Assembly (NCBI GenBank): GCA_018651925.1
Contig: JABIDC010000009.1
Span: forward strand, 16,403 to 80,402
Length of the DNA: 64,000 bases
DNA from: an archaeon
GTDB taxonomy: Archaea; Nanobdellota; Nanobdellia; Pacearchaeales; GW2011-AR1
Reading direction: 5' to 3'
The notes below the pieces were generated by a model. That model ran no database searches, was not told where the DNA came from, and worked only from the letters and a program-made list of their open reading frames with translations. Each line of letters opens with the position of its first letter. Position 1 is the first letter of the stretch. Shown here one piece after another: positions 9,111 through 18,029 of this stretch. The position numbers and the translations under genes were made by a program.

Positions 9111-10073
9111 CTATTTTTCTAACTTTTGTATTAAAGAATCCAAATTAACTGGTTCAATTGATTCTATTGTAAATTCGGGGGTATTAAAGAAACTGTTCAT
9201 TCTGATATTTCCAGAAAAATTCATTTCTTTTCCTAAAACAGCATTTTTTTGAACAATTAAATTTTCTGCATTATCTAAATCATTAATTCCTAAATCTTCT
9301 AATCTCTCATGGAACATAACTGAACGCATTGTTTCTGTTCCATCATCAAGCACAATGTTCATTAAAGCTCTCTTCTCAGCAGCAACAGTTCCATGGGTTG
9401 CGCATTTGAATCCTTCTTCTTCCTTAATTGCTTTCTTCTTGCATTCAGGACAAACATAAAAAAACTTCGGATCATAAGCAGCCACAATAAAAGCACGAAC
9501 TTTAACAGATTCGCCCACAATGAAATTCTTTATTTCTTTTTCCTTTACAACTTTTTCAGTCATAACATTTTCAAAAACTACATCACTTTTTTTAAATTCT
9601 GAAAAGCTTCCCAAATGAATTTCATTGTCCCTCATACTCCCAGCAATAATTTCAACAGAGGTTCCTTCTTCAATCTCTCCTTTTTCAATTAAAGAAATAT
9701 GATTTGTATCCCATAAAACACATTTAATATTCGAAGTGTCATCTGCTAACATGAAGTTACAAACCTTGCTTGCATCTCCCTTTTTTGTAGTAAAAGAACG
9801 GATAGGAAATAATTTAATAATTCTCCCCACAACATGAACTTTTCTCATTCCAGACAAAAGCTCATCAATTTTCAGTTGTTCATTTTCAAAAGAAATGCCA
9901 AGTTCGGCAGCAACAATTTGTGAAGCCCCTTCCAAACTTATTAGCCCAGAGAGTTTTGCCCTTTTTGCTTCAACTCTTCTTTCGATCTCACTTCTTTCAA
10001 GACCAGAAGATTTTGCAATTTTATCCAAAATTTTTTCGTAATTTCCGTCCATGGAAAACAAAACAGATTTCAC
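9111..10073 (-). CDS. rpa: Replication protein A-like ssDNA-binding protein (OB folds plus Zn ribbon)
   Basis: An OB-fold segment VHVVGRIIKLFPIRSFTTKKGDASKVCNFMLADDTSNIKCVLWD is followed by a second OB interrupted by CPECKKK...CATHG, as in archaeal RPA/RFA. Confidence 0.65.
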   Translation of the reverse strand: MKSVLFSMDGNYEKILDKIAKSSGLERSEIERRVEAKRAKLSGLISLEGASQIVAAELGISFENEQLKIDELLSGMRKVHVVGRIIKLFPIRSFTTKKGDASKVCNFMLADDTSNIKCVLWDTNHISLIEKGEIEEGTSVEIIAGSMRDNEIHLGSFSEFKKSDVVFENVMTEKVVKEKEIKNFIVGESVKVRAFIVAAYDPKFFYVCPECKKKAIKEEEGFKCATHGTVAAEKRALMNIVLDDGTETMRSVMFHERLEDLGINDLDNAENLIVQKNAVLGKEMNFSGNIRMNSFFNTPEFTIESIEPVNLDSLIQKLEK

Positions 10074-10138
10074 TTTATAAGGATTTTGATAAAATTCTAT
10101 CTAATAAACTTTATAAACTAAAATGAATAACTCCTTCT

Positions 10139-10408
10139 ATGGGAACTATGGGCTTAAAAATAAAGGTTATGCCAAATTCACCAGAAGTGGATTTGACAAA
10201 AATCGAAGAAACACTAAAAGAGATAGTTGAATCTAAGGGTGGAAGAAACAGAGAATATATTATTGAACCTGTTGCTTTCGGACTTAATGCAATTATTGCT
10301 TTCTTTGAATGGCCTGAAGAACAAGCACTTGAAGAAGTTGAAGATGAATTCGAAAATGTAGAAAATGTGAATTCAATTCAAATTATTGACATGAGAAAAA
10401 TCGACTAA
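10139..10408 (+). CDS. ef1b: Elongation factor aEF-1 beta
   Basis: The protein is 89 aa. KIKVMPNSPEVDL...EPVAFGLNAIIAFFEWPE...VENVNSIQIIDMRK matches the aEF-1beta pattern. Confidence 0.8.
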   Translation: MGTMGLKIKVMPNSPEVDLTKIEETLKEIVESKGGRNREYIIEPVAFGLNAIIAFFEWPEEQALEEVEDEFENVENVNSIQIIDMRKID

Positions 10409-10440
10409 ATCTTTATAATATCAATAAAATTAACTCTTCC

Positions 10441-11064
10441 ATGCTATCGGATGATGAATTAACAGAAATTAAAAAAAAGTTAATTGACCAAATTAATTCT
10501 AATTTTCCAGAAGATAAAAAAACAGAAGCATTAGAAAAAATAAATTCTGTTCCAGAAGATAAATTCGAAGAATTCTTAATCCAAAATAATTTAATTCAAG
10601 AAGGAGATCAAAAATGCATTTTTTGTTCAATTGTTGAAGGGAAAATGCCCACAAACAAATTTGCAGAAAGCGAACATTCAATTGCAACATTAGACATTAA
10701 TCCTATTTCAAAGGGCCACTCAATAATAATCCCCAAAGTTCATTCAAAAGAAGCTCCAAAAGAAGCATTTGAATTTGCAGAAATAATTAAAGAAAGGATT
10801 CAAAAAACTTTTTCTCCAAAAAAAGTAGATATTTCAACAGCAACAATTTTTGACCATGAAATAATTAATCTTTTACCAATTTATGAAAATGAAACAATGA
10901 ACTCTGAAAAACAAAAAGCCACCCAAGAAGAACTTCAAAAGACCCAAAAAGAGTTAATCAGCTTTAAGGAAGAAGAAATCCCTAAAAAAGAAATTATTGA
11001 AGAACCAAAAGAAGAAAAAATCATTTCTGATAAAACCCATTGGTTGCCAAAAAGAATTCCTTAA
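10441..11064 (+). CDS. HIT-family (histidine triad-like) protein with N- and C-terminal extensions
   Basis: CIFCSIVEGKMPTNKFAESEHSIATLDINPISKGHSIIIPKVH matches the HIT fold. The HxHxHxx triad is degenerate here. Confidence 0.55.
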   Translation: MLSDDELTEIKKKLIDQINSNFPEDKKTEALEKINSVPEDKFEEFLIQNNLIQEGDQKCIFCSIVEGKMPTNKFAESEHSIATLDINPISKGHSIIIPKVHSKEAPKEAFEFAEIIKERIQKTFSPKKVDISTATIFDHEIINLLPIYENETMNSEKQKATQEELQKTQKELISFKEEEIPKKEIIEEPKEEKIISDKTHWLPKRIP

Positions 11065-11075
11065 TTATTCTAAAA

Positions 11076-11924
11076 TCAAAAAAACCAATTGAAAAATTGA
11101 ATAAAATTAAAGAAATAACTAATTGCAAGGAAAACAAAAGAAATTAAAAAAACTGGTGCAAAAGCAATCCCATTACGGATTTCAATAAACTTATGATGTT
11201 TTTTTATTAAGGCTATATCCGCTTTAGTCAAACCATCCCAACTAGATTTTATAATTTTCTTTCCTACACAAAGATTCTTAACTAACCAATCTCCCTCAAT
11301 TAAATTTTTCGTTTTAACCTTGCGAATCATACAATGCTCATCAATTGTTTTAGAGTAAACATAAAGGTAAGGAAGGATAAAAATTAAAACTCCCAGGATG
11401 AAAAGATATGAATCAATTAATCCCAAAATCATAATAACTATTCCGCAAAGATTTCCAAGAACAATTAACAATTTAGATTTAGAAAAAACTTTTGGAAAAC
11501 CTTTTTTAAATTCCTTAGAATATCTTGTTGCCAAGATTATACTTGCAAAAAATCCATAAATTGCCCCAACACATAAAAACAAAAGGAAAAAGAAAATAAA
11601 AAATTTCACATTAATAATAAAATCTCTCGAAAAAGGCAAAATGGCTCCTAGAGCAATCATTAATTTTGCATCTCCTCCTGCGAAAAAATGAGCATAATAC
11701 ATTAAATTACCCAATATAAAAAAAATCCCCAAACCAATTAATCCCTGATAAAATAAGGCAAAGTTAACATCAAAAAAAAGACCATAAAAGAATCTAAAAG
11801 CAATTGCAAAAATCGCAAGAGAAAAAACCAACCAATTAGAAATTTCAGTAGTTTTAAAATCCTGGATAGACGCAAAAACTAAAAACAAAAATGCTAAACC
11901 AACTAAAAAAATAATTTCAAACAT
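11076..11924 (-). CDS. A24-family prepilin/preflagellin peptidase (FlaK/PibD/EppA-like)
   Basis: It is a polytopic membrane protein carrying the two catalytic-Asp contexts ASIQDFKTTEI and FFAGGDAKLMIALG. It is the last gene of the pilus-like cluster. Confidence 0.75.
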   Translation of the reverse strand: MFEIIFLVGLAFLFLVFASIQDFKTTEISNWLVFSLAIFAIAFRFFYGLFFDVNFALFYQGLIGLGIFFILGNLMYYAHFFAGGDAKLMIALGAILPFSRDFIINVKFFIFFFLLFLCVGAIYGFFASIILATRYSKEFKKGFPKVFSKSKLLIVLGNLCGIVIMILGLIDSYLFILGVLIFILPYLYVYSKTIDEHCMIRKVKTKNLIEGDWLVKNLCVGKKIIKSSWDGLTKADIALIKKHHKFIEIRNGIAFAPVFLISFVFLAISYFFNFIQFFNWFF

Positions 11925-11925
11925 T

Positions 11926-12039
11926 CTAAGCTTTCACTTCAGTTCCGCGAAACTTTCCTCCTTTTTTGTAAGGATGTTTCTTCTTCTCTTTACGCTTATC
12001 CTTTCTCTTATTTCTTTTTTCAGAATTCACATTAGCCAT
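11926..12039 (-). CDS. Candidate 37-aa highly basic peptide (not in ORF track)
   Basis: The hand translation is MANVNSEKRNKRKDKRKEKKKHPYKKGGKFRGTEVKA. Its stop lies 1 nt from the peptidase start codon. No homolog was recognised. Confidence 0.3.
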   Translation of the reverse strand: MANVNSEKRNKRKDKRKEKKKHPYKKGGKFRGTEVKA

Positions 12040-12077
12040 TTTTTCTTATCTCCAAAAAGAAAAGCAATTTAAGGAAC

Positions 12078-12419
12078 TTAACACAATCCAGGACAAGGCT
12101 TTATGCCATATTTCTCATATGCTTGTTCAGTAGAAAAAAATTGACAAGTTCCTGCAATTTCTTTCATATTCGCGTCAGGCAAATCATCTGCTTTCAAGGT
12201 TCTATTATAACTACAAAAATCGTAAGTTCTTGAAGTTATACAAGCAGTGTCACAAGCATCAGCAATTGTGTTCACATTATTTGCAGATTTAATCCATGGA
12301 ACAATTTGATCCCATCCGGCAGTAAATCCCGCAATTAAAATTGCTAAAATCAAAACACCTAAAACAATTAAGATAATTGCATTGGTACTAAGACCTTGAC
12401 CTCTCTTATTTTTAATCAT
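12078..12419 (-). CDS. Type IV pilin-like protein (class III signal peptide), Cys-rich globular part
   Basis: The N-terminus MIKNKRGQGLSTNAIILIVLGVLILAILIAG has a basic stretch, then G, then a hydrophobic helix. The C-terminal part contains 7 Cys. Confidence 0.65.
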   Translation of the reverse strand: MIKNKRGQGLSTNAIILIVLGVLILAILIAGFTAGWDQIVPWIKSANNVNTIADACDTACITSRTYDFCSYNRTLKADDLPDANMKEIAGTCQFFSTEQAYEKYGIKPCPGLC

Positions 12420-12450
12420 AAAATAAAAACACTTTAATTATTTATAAACA

Positions 12451-12759
12451 TTACCTTAAAGGATATTCTATAGAAAAAGCTAATTTATCTTCTTGCCAAA
12501 AAAAACTTTTACTTCGAATATCTTCTTGATAAAAAACCTCTTCCCCATTTGAACCAATTTGAGTATCAATACGAGAATTTTTATCTAAAAAATAATTTTC
12601 AACTTGGGAATTTAATTTAGTCATCAAACCAACTCCCACGAAGGAATCCTTAACATAACTTGAACTTGCAAAAAAAGTTAGAAGTGCAAGGGTACAAATA
12701 ACGAAAACCCCGATCACCAAAATTACAATAGATATCTCGCCACGACGATTAAAATTCAT
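12451..12759 (-). CDS. Type IV pilin-like protein (class III signal peptide)
   Basis: The N-terminus is MNFNRRGEISIVILVIGVFVICTLALL. It overlaps the upstream gene by 4 nt. Confidence 0.65.
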   Translation of the reverse strand: MNFNRRGEISIVILVIGVFVICTLALLTFFASSSYVKDSFVGVGLMTKLNSQVENYFLDKNSRIDTQIGSNGEEVFYQEDIRSKSFFWQEDKLAFSIEYPLR

Positions 12760-13019
12760 TTAATTTCCTCCTTTACCCAAGAATCAATTTCATTTTTATT
12801 TTCATCATTTACCAGATAAGCAATTTTTGTTTTTTCATAAAAATAATTGACATTTTCATCCACATCATCAATTAACAAAGATTTGGCACCAGTTTCAATT
12901 TTATTTGCCTTCCCCAAAACTCCTGAAGCATAAACAAAAACAACAAGCAAAATTACAATTATCACCGTCGCCACAACCCAAGTCATTGCATCACTCAACT
13001 GCCCTTTTTTATTTAACAT
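12756..13019 (-). CDS. Type IV pilin-like protein (class III signal peptide)
   Basis: The N-terminus is MLNKKGQLSDAMTWVVATVIIVILLVVFV. It overlaps both neighbouring genes. Confidence 0.6.
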   Translation of the reverse strand: MLNKKGQLSDAMTWVVATVIIVILLVVFVYASGVLGKANKIETGAKSLLIDDVDENVNYFYEKTKIAYLVNDENKNEIDSWVKEEIK

Positions 13020-13518
13020 TTAATTCCTCCTTTCCGATCACGCTAGTAACCTCAATTAAATATTGTTCATTATTCTTTGTAGAATAAAAACGATTCTTAT
13101 CACAGAAAGCTAAAGTCTCATAAGTTTTATCTTCCTGCAAAATACAATTAGAAATAAAATTTAAATTTCCATAGTCAAAAGCAAACAAACTTTTTTTAGA
13201 TAAATCAAAAAATTCTATCTTAACATAATATTCCTCATCTAAAGATTCAACTTGGAAATTTAAAGCACATTCTTCCAGAAAGATTTCAGTAAAATTTTCA
13301 TTAAATTCATCTCCATCAAAAATTTCGGTATTGATTATCCCCCCATAAGAAACACAATCTGCAATTTTTTGAGAAAGCAAATTTGATTCAACTTCTCGAA
13401 CATCATAAGGATGGCCATAAAAAGAATTAACCATTGAATAAATCCCTCCTGCAACTAAAAAAAGAATTACAAACCAATAAACAGACATCAATTTTTCCGC
13501 ACCCCGATTATTTTTCAT
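13009..13518 (-). CDS. Type IV pilin-like protein (class III signal peptide)
   Basis: The N-terminus is MKNNRGAEKLMSVYWFVILFLVAGGIY. It overlaps its neighbours by 11 nt on each side. Confidence 0.55.
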   Translation of the reverse strand: MKNNRGAEKLMSVYWFVILFLVAGGIYSMVNSFYGHPYDVREVESNLLSQKIADCVSYGGIINTEIFDGDEFNENFTEIFLEECALNFQVESLDEEYYVKIEFFDLSKKSLFAFDYGNLNFISNCILQEDKTYETLAFCDKNRFYSTKNNEQYLIEVTSVIGKEELNVK

Positions 13519-13894
13519 TTACAACAAAAACGTATAGCCCCTCCGCTTTATCCTTATAAAAATCAACATCCACTTCATTAAAAAAGGAATAAGAGTATCC
13601 CCCATTTTTACTAAGTTTAATTGTGACGAGATTATTATCTATTCTCATCATTTGTTCCACATTATTTTCTCTAGCCAACTCGATTCCTTTTTCCATATTT
13701 AATTTAATTAAAGCTCCAGGTTTTGCAGAATCAATCAACAATGCAATCTGCTTGGCATAACTTTCTTCTAAAACAATTGCTCCACTTCCTTGCTTTAATA
13801 AAAATAAAGTTAATATTGAAAGAAATATTAAATTCAACATTATAAAAATCAAATTTTCAACTAAAATCTCCCCACGTCTCCCCATAAAAAACAA
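13508..13894 (-). CDS. Type IV pilin-like protein (class III signal peptide)
   Basis: The N-terminus is (MFF)MGRRGEILVENLIFIMLNLIFLSILTLFLL. The likely start is the Met at 13885. Confidence 0.65.
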   Translation of the reverse strand: MFFMGRRGEILVENLIFIMLNLIFLSILTLFLLKQGSGAIVLEESYAKQIALLIDSAKPGALIKLNMEKGIELARENNVEQMMRIDNNLVTIKLSKNGGYSYSFFNEVDVDFYKDKAEGLYVFVVNEK

Positions 13895-13925
13895 AACTAA
13901 AGATAATTAATAAACCTAACTAAAA

Positions 13926-14915
13926 TCAAGAATGAGTAACAATCTCTTCACAATTAAGACTATTAAATTTATCAGAATCAACTTCTAAAATTGTAGGAGC
14001 CATAAACTGATTATCTATTCCTTGGCCTTCTACTTCAATTGCCGCAATCTCCACATCATGTGCATCTGCCCAAATTCCTCCCCCCGTGCTCAAAATCCCT
14101 AAAACAAGAATTCCTGCAACTGCATTCAAACCAGGAGTAAGAACTCCCACCACTCCTCCAACAATAACTCCTCCAACTGCAACCCACTTCCAATTATTTG
14201 TCTCACTTGTAATCCCCATCACCACAAAATATTGTTCCCCAATCTTAATTTTCCCAAAAGTCGCTCCAGTTCCATATTCTTTCAAAGCCTCTTGCCTCAA
14301 AGTATTCAAATCTTTTTCCCCAAAAATATACTCCGAATAAGTCATTTTATTGTTCGACATATTTTTTTTCGACAAATAATCATATAGTTCATCCTTACTA
14401 ATCTCAAAATCAATACCCGGAACTTCACTCAAACTATCATCAAAAACAATTTGGGAACAAATTGAACAATAGTTATTTTTTGTCGCATCTTTTCCCACAT
14501 AATCAATTTTTCCCTCTCCAAACATCCACCAACAATCCGCCATTTCATTTGATAGAATATCATATATTTCTTCTTTGGTTTCAACCTTCTCTACTTTTGG
14601 GGAGGTCATTCCCTCACAAGTTCCATCCTCGGTAATACAAAGATATTTTCGTTGACAATTTAATCTGGCAGCTTCACTCGAAACAATACTTCCCCCCTTC
14701 ATTGCCACGGAATTTCTACAAACCTCTGCATCTGTCTCTTGTCCAAAGTCTAATAGCCCAAAGAAAAAAAGCAAAACCAAAAAGCTGGCAATTGCTATAA
14801 CTAACATTACAATTTGTTGAGTAGTTAATTCTCCACGATTTTTCATTACATTATCCCCATTTTTGTTAACCCAAGGTAAAGCCCATATAAAACAACTCCA
14901 AAAAAGACTATCCAA
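13926..14915 (-). CDS. Large type IV pilin-like protein (class III signal peptide, Cys-rich, C-terminal Gly/Val-rich hydrophobic segment)
   Basis: The internal Met at 14846 gives MKNRGELTTQQIVMLVIAIASFLVLLFFFGLL, which is the probable true start. Multiple Cys pairs are present, and there is a second hydrophobic stretch VAVGGVIVGGVVGVLTPGLNAVAGILVLGILS. Confidence 0.6.
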   Translation of the reverse strand: MDSLFWSCFIWALPWVNKNGDNVMKNRGELTTQQIVMLVIAIASFLVLLFFFGLLDFGQETDAEVCRNSVAMKGGSIVSSEAARLNCQRKYLCITEDGTCEGMTSPKVEKVETKEEIYDILSNEMADCWWMFGEGKIDYVGKDATKNNYCSICSQIVFDDSLSEVPGIDFEISKDELYDYLSKKNMSNNKMTYSEYIFGEKDLNTLRQEALKEYGTGATFGKIKIGEQYFVVMGITSETNNWKWVAVGGVIVGGVVGVLTPGLNAVAGILVLGILSTGGGIWADAHDVEIAAIEVEGQGIDNQFMAPTILEVDSDKFNSLNCEEIVTHS

Positions 14916-14943
14916 GCCACATATTTAATTACCATTTCGATTG

Positions 14944-15462
14944 TCATTTTTCCAAAACAGAAACCTGTCCCCCCTTTTCAGAAATTTCAATACTAGTCAA
15001 TTCTTTTTTTATTTTAATTTCATCAAATTCAATTAAACCATCAACAATTAAACAAACTCCTTTCTTATTACATTCATCTAACTGATTTTTCCAAAACTGA
15101 ACTTTTGGGACATCATCACATAAACAAAGACAACTTTTTCCAGAACAAGAATTCGGACGATCTCTCCGAACAAAAGAAAAAATACTCCATCCTTTCGGAG
15201 TCAAGGCATCAACTTCTCCACCACCCGCTTTCACAACTAGATCAATTTGTTCAGCAGTATTTTGTGCAGCAATAAAACTTTCATCATAAATTTTTGCAAA
15301 ATATAGTGAAGTTAAAAAGAAAACTAAAAAACCAATTGCAATCACAGATAAAATTATTTTCAAAGTTTCATTAACTAAAATTTCCCCTCTCTTTCGATTC
15401 AACCATTCTCTAACGGAAGAATGAGAAATTTTTTTAAAAATTTCTTCTTGATTATTTCTCAT
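14944..15462 (-). CDS. Type IV pilin-like protein (class III signal peptide), Cys-rich
   Basis: NRKRGEILVNETLKIILSVIAIGFLVFFL follows a 22-aa leader. A CSGKSCLCLCDD...CNKKGVC cluster is also present. Confidence 0.55.
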   Translation of the reverse strand: MRNNQEEIFKKISHSSVREWLNRKRGEILVNETLKIILSVIAIGFLVFFLTSLYFAKIYDESFIAAQNTAEQIDLVVKAGGGEVDALTPKGWSIFSFVRRDRPNSCSGKSCLCLCDDVPKVQFWKNQLDECNKKGVCLIVDGLIEFDEIKIKKELTSIEISEKGGQVSVLEK

Positions 15463-15623
15463 TTTAATAAACTCAAAACCAACTCAGTTGAGCCCCCAGT
15501 AAAATTCCTAAAAAAATCCAAAACAGTGTCCTTAAAAAAGAAACCAATTCCAATAATCACCACAACCACCACTAAAATTCCCAAGATAATTTTAATTAAT
15601 TGCCCTATAGCTAACTCTGCCAT
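15459..15623 (-). CDS. Small membrane protein (54 aa; not in ORF track)
   Basis: The hand translation is MAELAIGQLIKIILGILVVVVVIIGIGFFFKDTVLDFFRNFTGGSTELVLSLLK. Its TGA stop overlaps the next gene's ATG (ATGA). Confidence 0.5.
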   Translation of the reverse strand: MAELAIGQLIKIILGILVVVVVIIGIGFFFKDTVLDFFRNFTGGSTELVLSLLK

Positions 15624-15775
15624 TATCTGCCCCTAAATAGATTTTTAATTTGGTCGATTAAAGAAACACCTTCTTCTCTTAGAAAGAAAATAAAAATCAT
15701 CATAATTGCCAAAACAGCAATTCCAATTAAAAGCCACGGCAAATAATCTGCAACAATTCCTTTTTTAGATTTCAT
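15623..15775 (-). CDS. Small membrane protein with pilin-like N-terminus (50 aa; not in ORF track)
   Basis: The hand translation is MKSKKGIVADYLPWLLIGIAVLAIMMIFIFFLREEGVSLIDQIKNLFRGR. Its TAA overlaps the next ATG by 1 nt. Confidence 0.5.
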   Translation of the reverse strand: MKSKKGIVADYLPWLLIGIAVLAIMMIFIFFLREEGVSLIDQIKNLFRGR

Positions 15776-15820
15776 CCACCTCTTTAACATAAAATCAAAT
15801 ACAAAAAAGAATTAATAAAC

Positions 15821-17986
15821 TTAACTAAACATTCCCCCAAGAACTACTGAAGTTAAACCCACAAGTGCAAGAGTAGAAATTAATGCCACTACAAAATAAA
15901 GGACAATCCCAATCTTTAAATTTTTACCAATTTTATTTACCCTTACCAAATCATCCTTTCCCGAATCAATTGTAACCAAAGTTCCAGTTAAAATAAAAAT
16001 TATTTGAATCAAATAAATTCCAACCGCTAATTGCAAGAAATATGGGGGAATCATTGCTAGCACATCAAAAATATTCATAATATTTTCCACTCCTGCAATT
16101 CCAATATCTTGGCCAGCATCTAAAGAAGTTTGCATTTTTCCTAAAATCGAAGTAATCATAACAGATAATCCAACAACGACTCCAGAAAGTAAAGGTGCCA
16201 AAAAAGTCATATTACTTTTCATATCTGAAATTACTTCTGCTAACAAATCATTAAGCCTTACAGAAATCTTATTAATATTTTTAACATACTCCGAAATACT
16301 CATTAAACTCACTGCAGCAATTTTCAATCCTTTTTTAGAAGATTCAAGAAAAATTCTCATTGAAGTCGCAATTAATTGAGAAGGATAATAAATTATTGCT
16401 CCACGATTTTTATCAAAAATTGCTTTCTCTACACTCATTCCCGCATTCCGAATATTAAAATCAATTTTTCTAAAAAAATCCTCAATATTCAATCCGCGAG
16501 AAGACTCTGCAACTTTTCCAAAAACTAATTCCGGAGGAACCCCATTTCCAACACGATTTCCTAATTGGAATAAAGAAGAATTAAATTCCTTTTCTAGATT
16601 TCGGGTTTTCTCTCGCTCAACAATTAAATCTTTAGTTTTAGCATTATATGCAATGATAAAGAAAAAAGCTAACCCCAGAGGGAAAAACATTCCAAGCAAA
16701 GTTGCACCTAACCCAAAAGGCCCAACAGTTTGACCAGCATTATCTATAAATCCGAAAAACATCTCATTCTCTCCCATAAATCCTAAACCAAGTTCCCCAA
16801 AAGAATAATCGCTTTGCAAACCCATTAATTCCGGAATTGGAGTATACCCGAAAATCAGAGGCAAAATTCCTAACAAAAATAATGGAAAACAAATCACAAA
16901 AGCTTTTGTAAATACCGAATTATCTTTGTACTTAGGATACAAAGGATTACGTTCAAGAAGATCAGTTTCCCCATGACCCCCTGGACGAAGAAGTAAAACT
17001 TTGTCTGTTAAATAATAAACAAAAAAAGGAACAATCATATTAAATAAAATAACAACATGAACCCAAGTAACCAATCCTCCCAACATTGAAGATGCAAGAG
17101 GGATCATTGCTAAAGACAATGTTGGCAAAACAACCCCTAACATATAAACATTTGTCAAGGGACTTCTAACAGAATGACTAAACTTAAGCATCTTATCATA
17201 AACTCCATCAAGAACAACCTGTAAAGATTTTTCCAACGTAGCAATTCTCCGATTTTGGTCTGGTTCAAATAAACTTCCTTCAATCAAATGAAAAGCCTCA
17301 ACAAACTCAGAAGAATAGTCTCTCCAAGTTTCCAAATAATTATCTAAACTTTCCTTAATTGTAGAAAATTTTCCAATTTCAACATTATAAAATACTTTTT
17401 TAAAATCCAAACTTAAAGGATACTGTAAATGATCTGAAGCAAAAGCAATTGCTTTTTCTAAATTAGGAGTATGCCTCATATAAACTACAACATACAAAAT
17501 AGCTGGGACCATCTGACTAGAAGCCTTAAGTCTCCAAGAATTAGCAAGTCTCTCTGGATAAGCATTAATAAAATAATACAAGAACATGGATAAAATTAAA
17601 GAAAGAAAGAAAAACAAAAAAGGAAAAGCTCCATTAATAAATAACGCTGCTAAAGAAGCAAACAACCCAATTAAAAAAACCGCTAAAAAACTCATCATCC
17701 CCAATGAAAGGGCTTGCCAAGGTTCTAAGTCCAAATGTGCAATTTCCAAAGATCTCCGAACTTTTACTGCATCTTTTTCAGCAACCTTTATTTTAATTAT
17801 GCTTCCTAAACTTTTACACCATCTTTCATATCTAGAAAGTTCAGAACTCATTTCTCCCCGAAACTTTGAATAATCTTGACTATAATTAGAATCACTCCCT
17901 CCGCCATTCATTTGGCTTTCAATTTTGCCCCCATACTTTTGCAAAACTTCTTCTACAGTCGGTTTTTTATTAGAACCCATATGCAC
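15821..17986 (-). CDS. Polytopic membrane protein (721 aa, about 10 TM), candidate pilus platform protein (FlaJ/TadC/T2SSF-like)
   Basis: The call rests on position between the pilins and the secretion ATPase, and on an architecture of TM pairs separated by two soluble helical regions. The T2SSF assignment is by context, not by a recognised motif. Confidence 0.5.
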   Translation of the reverse strand: MHMGSNKKPTVEEVLQKYGGKIESQMNGGGSDSNYSQDYSKFRGEMSSELSRYERWCKSLGSIIKIKVAEKDAVKVRRSLEIAHLDLEPWQALSLGMMSFLAVFLIGLFASLAALFINGAFPFLFFFLSLILSMFLYYFINAYPERLANSWRLKASSQMVPAILYVVVYMRHTPNLEKAIAFASDHLQYPLSLDFKKVFYNVEIGKFSTIKESLDNYLETWRDYSSEFVEAFHLIEGSLFEPDQNRRIATLEKSLQVVLDGVYDKMLKFSHSVRSPLTNVYMLGVVLPTLSLAMIPLASSMLGGLVTWVHVVILFNMIVPFFVYYLTDKVLLLRPGGHGETDLLERNPLYPKYKDNSVFTKAFVICFPLFLLGILPLIFGYTPIPELMGLQSDYSFGELGLGFMGENEMFFGFIDNAGQTVGPFGLGATLLGMFFPLGLAFFFIIAYNAKTKDLIVEREKTRNLEKEFNSSLFQLGNRVGNGVPPELVFGKVAESSRGLNIEDFFRKIDFNIRNAGMSVEKAIFDKNRGAIIYYPSQLIATSMRIFLESSKKGLKIAAVSLMSISEYVKNINKISVRLNDLLAEVISDMKSNMTFLAPLLSGVVVGLSVMITSILGKMQTSLDAGQDIGIAGVENIMNIFDVLAMIPPYFLQLAVGIYLIQIIFILTGTLVTIDSGKDDLVRVNKIGKNLKIGIVLYFVVALISTLALVGLTSVVLGGMFS

Positions 17987-18029
17987 CTCTATAAAAAATA
18001 GAAAAACTAATTAATAAATCTTTAGAAAA

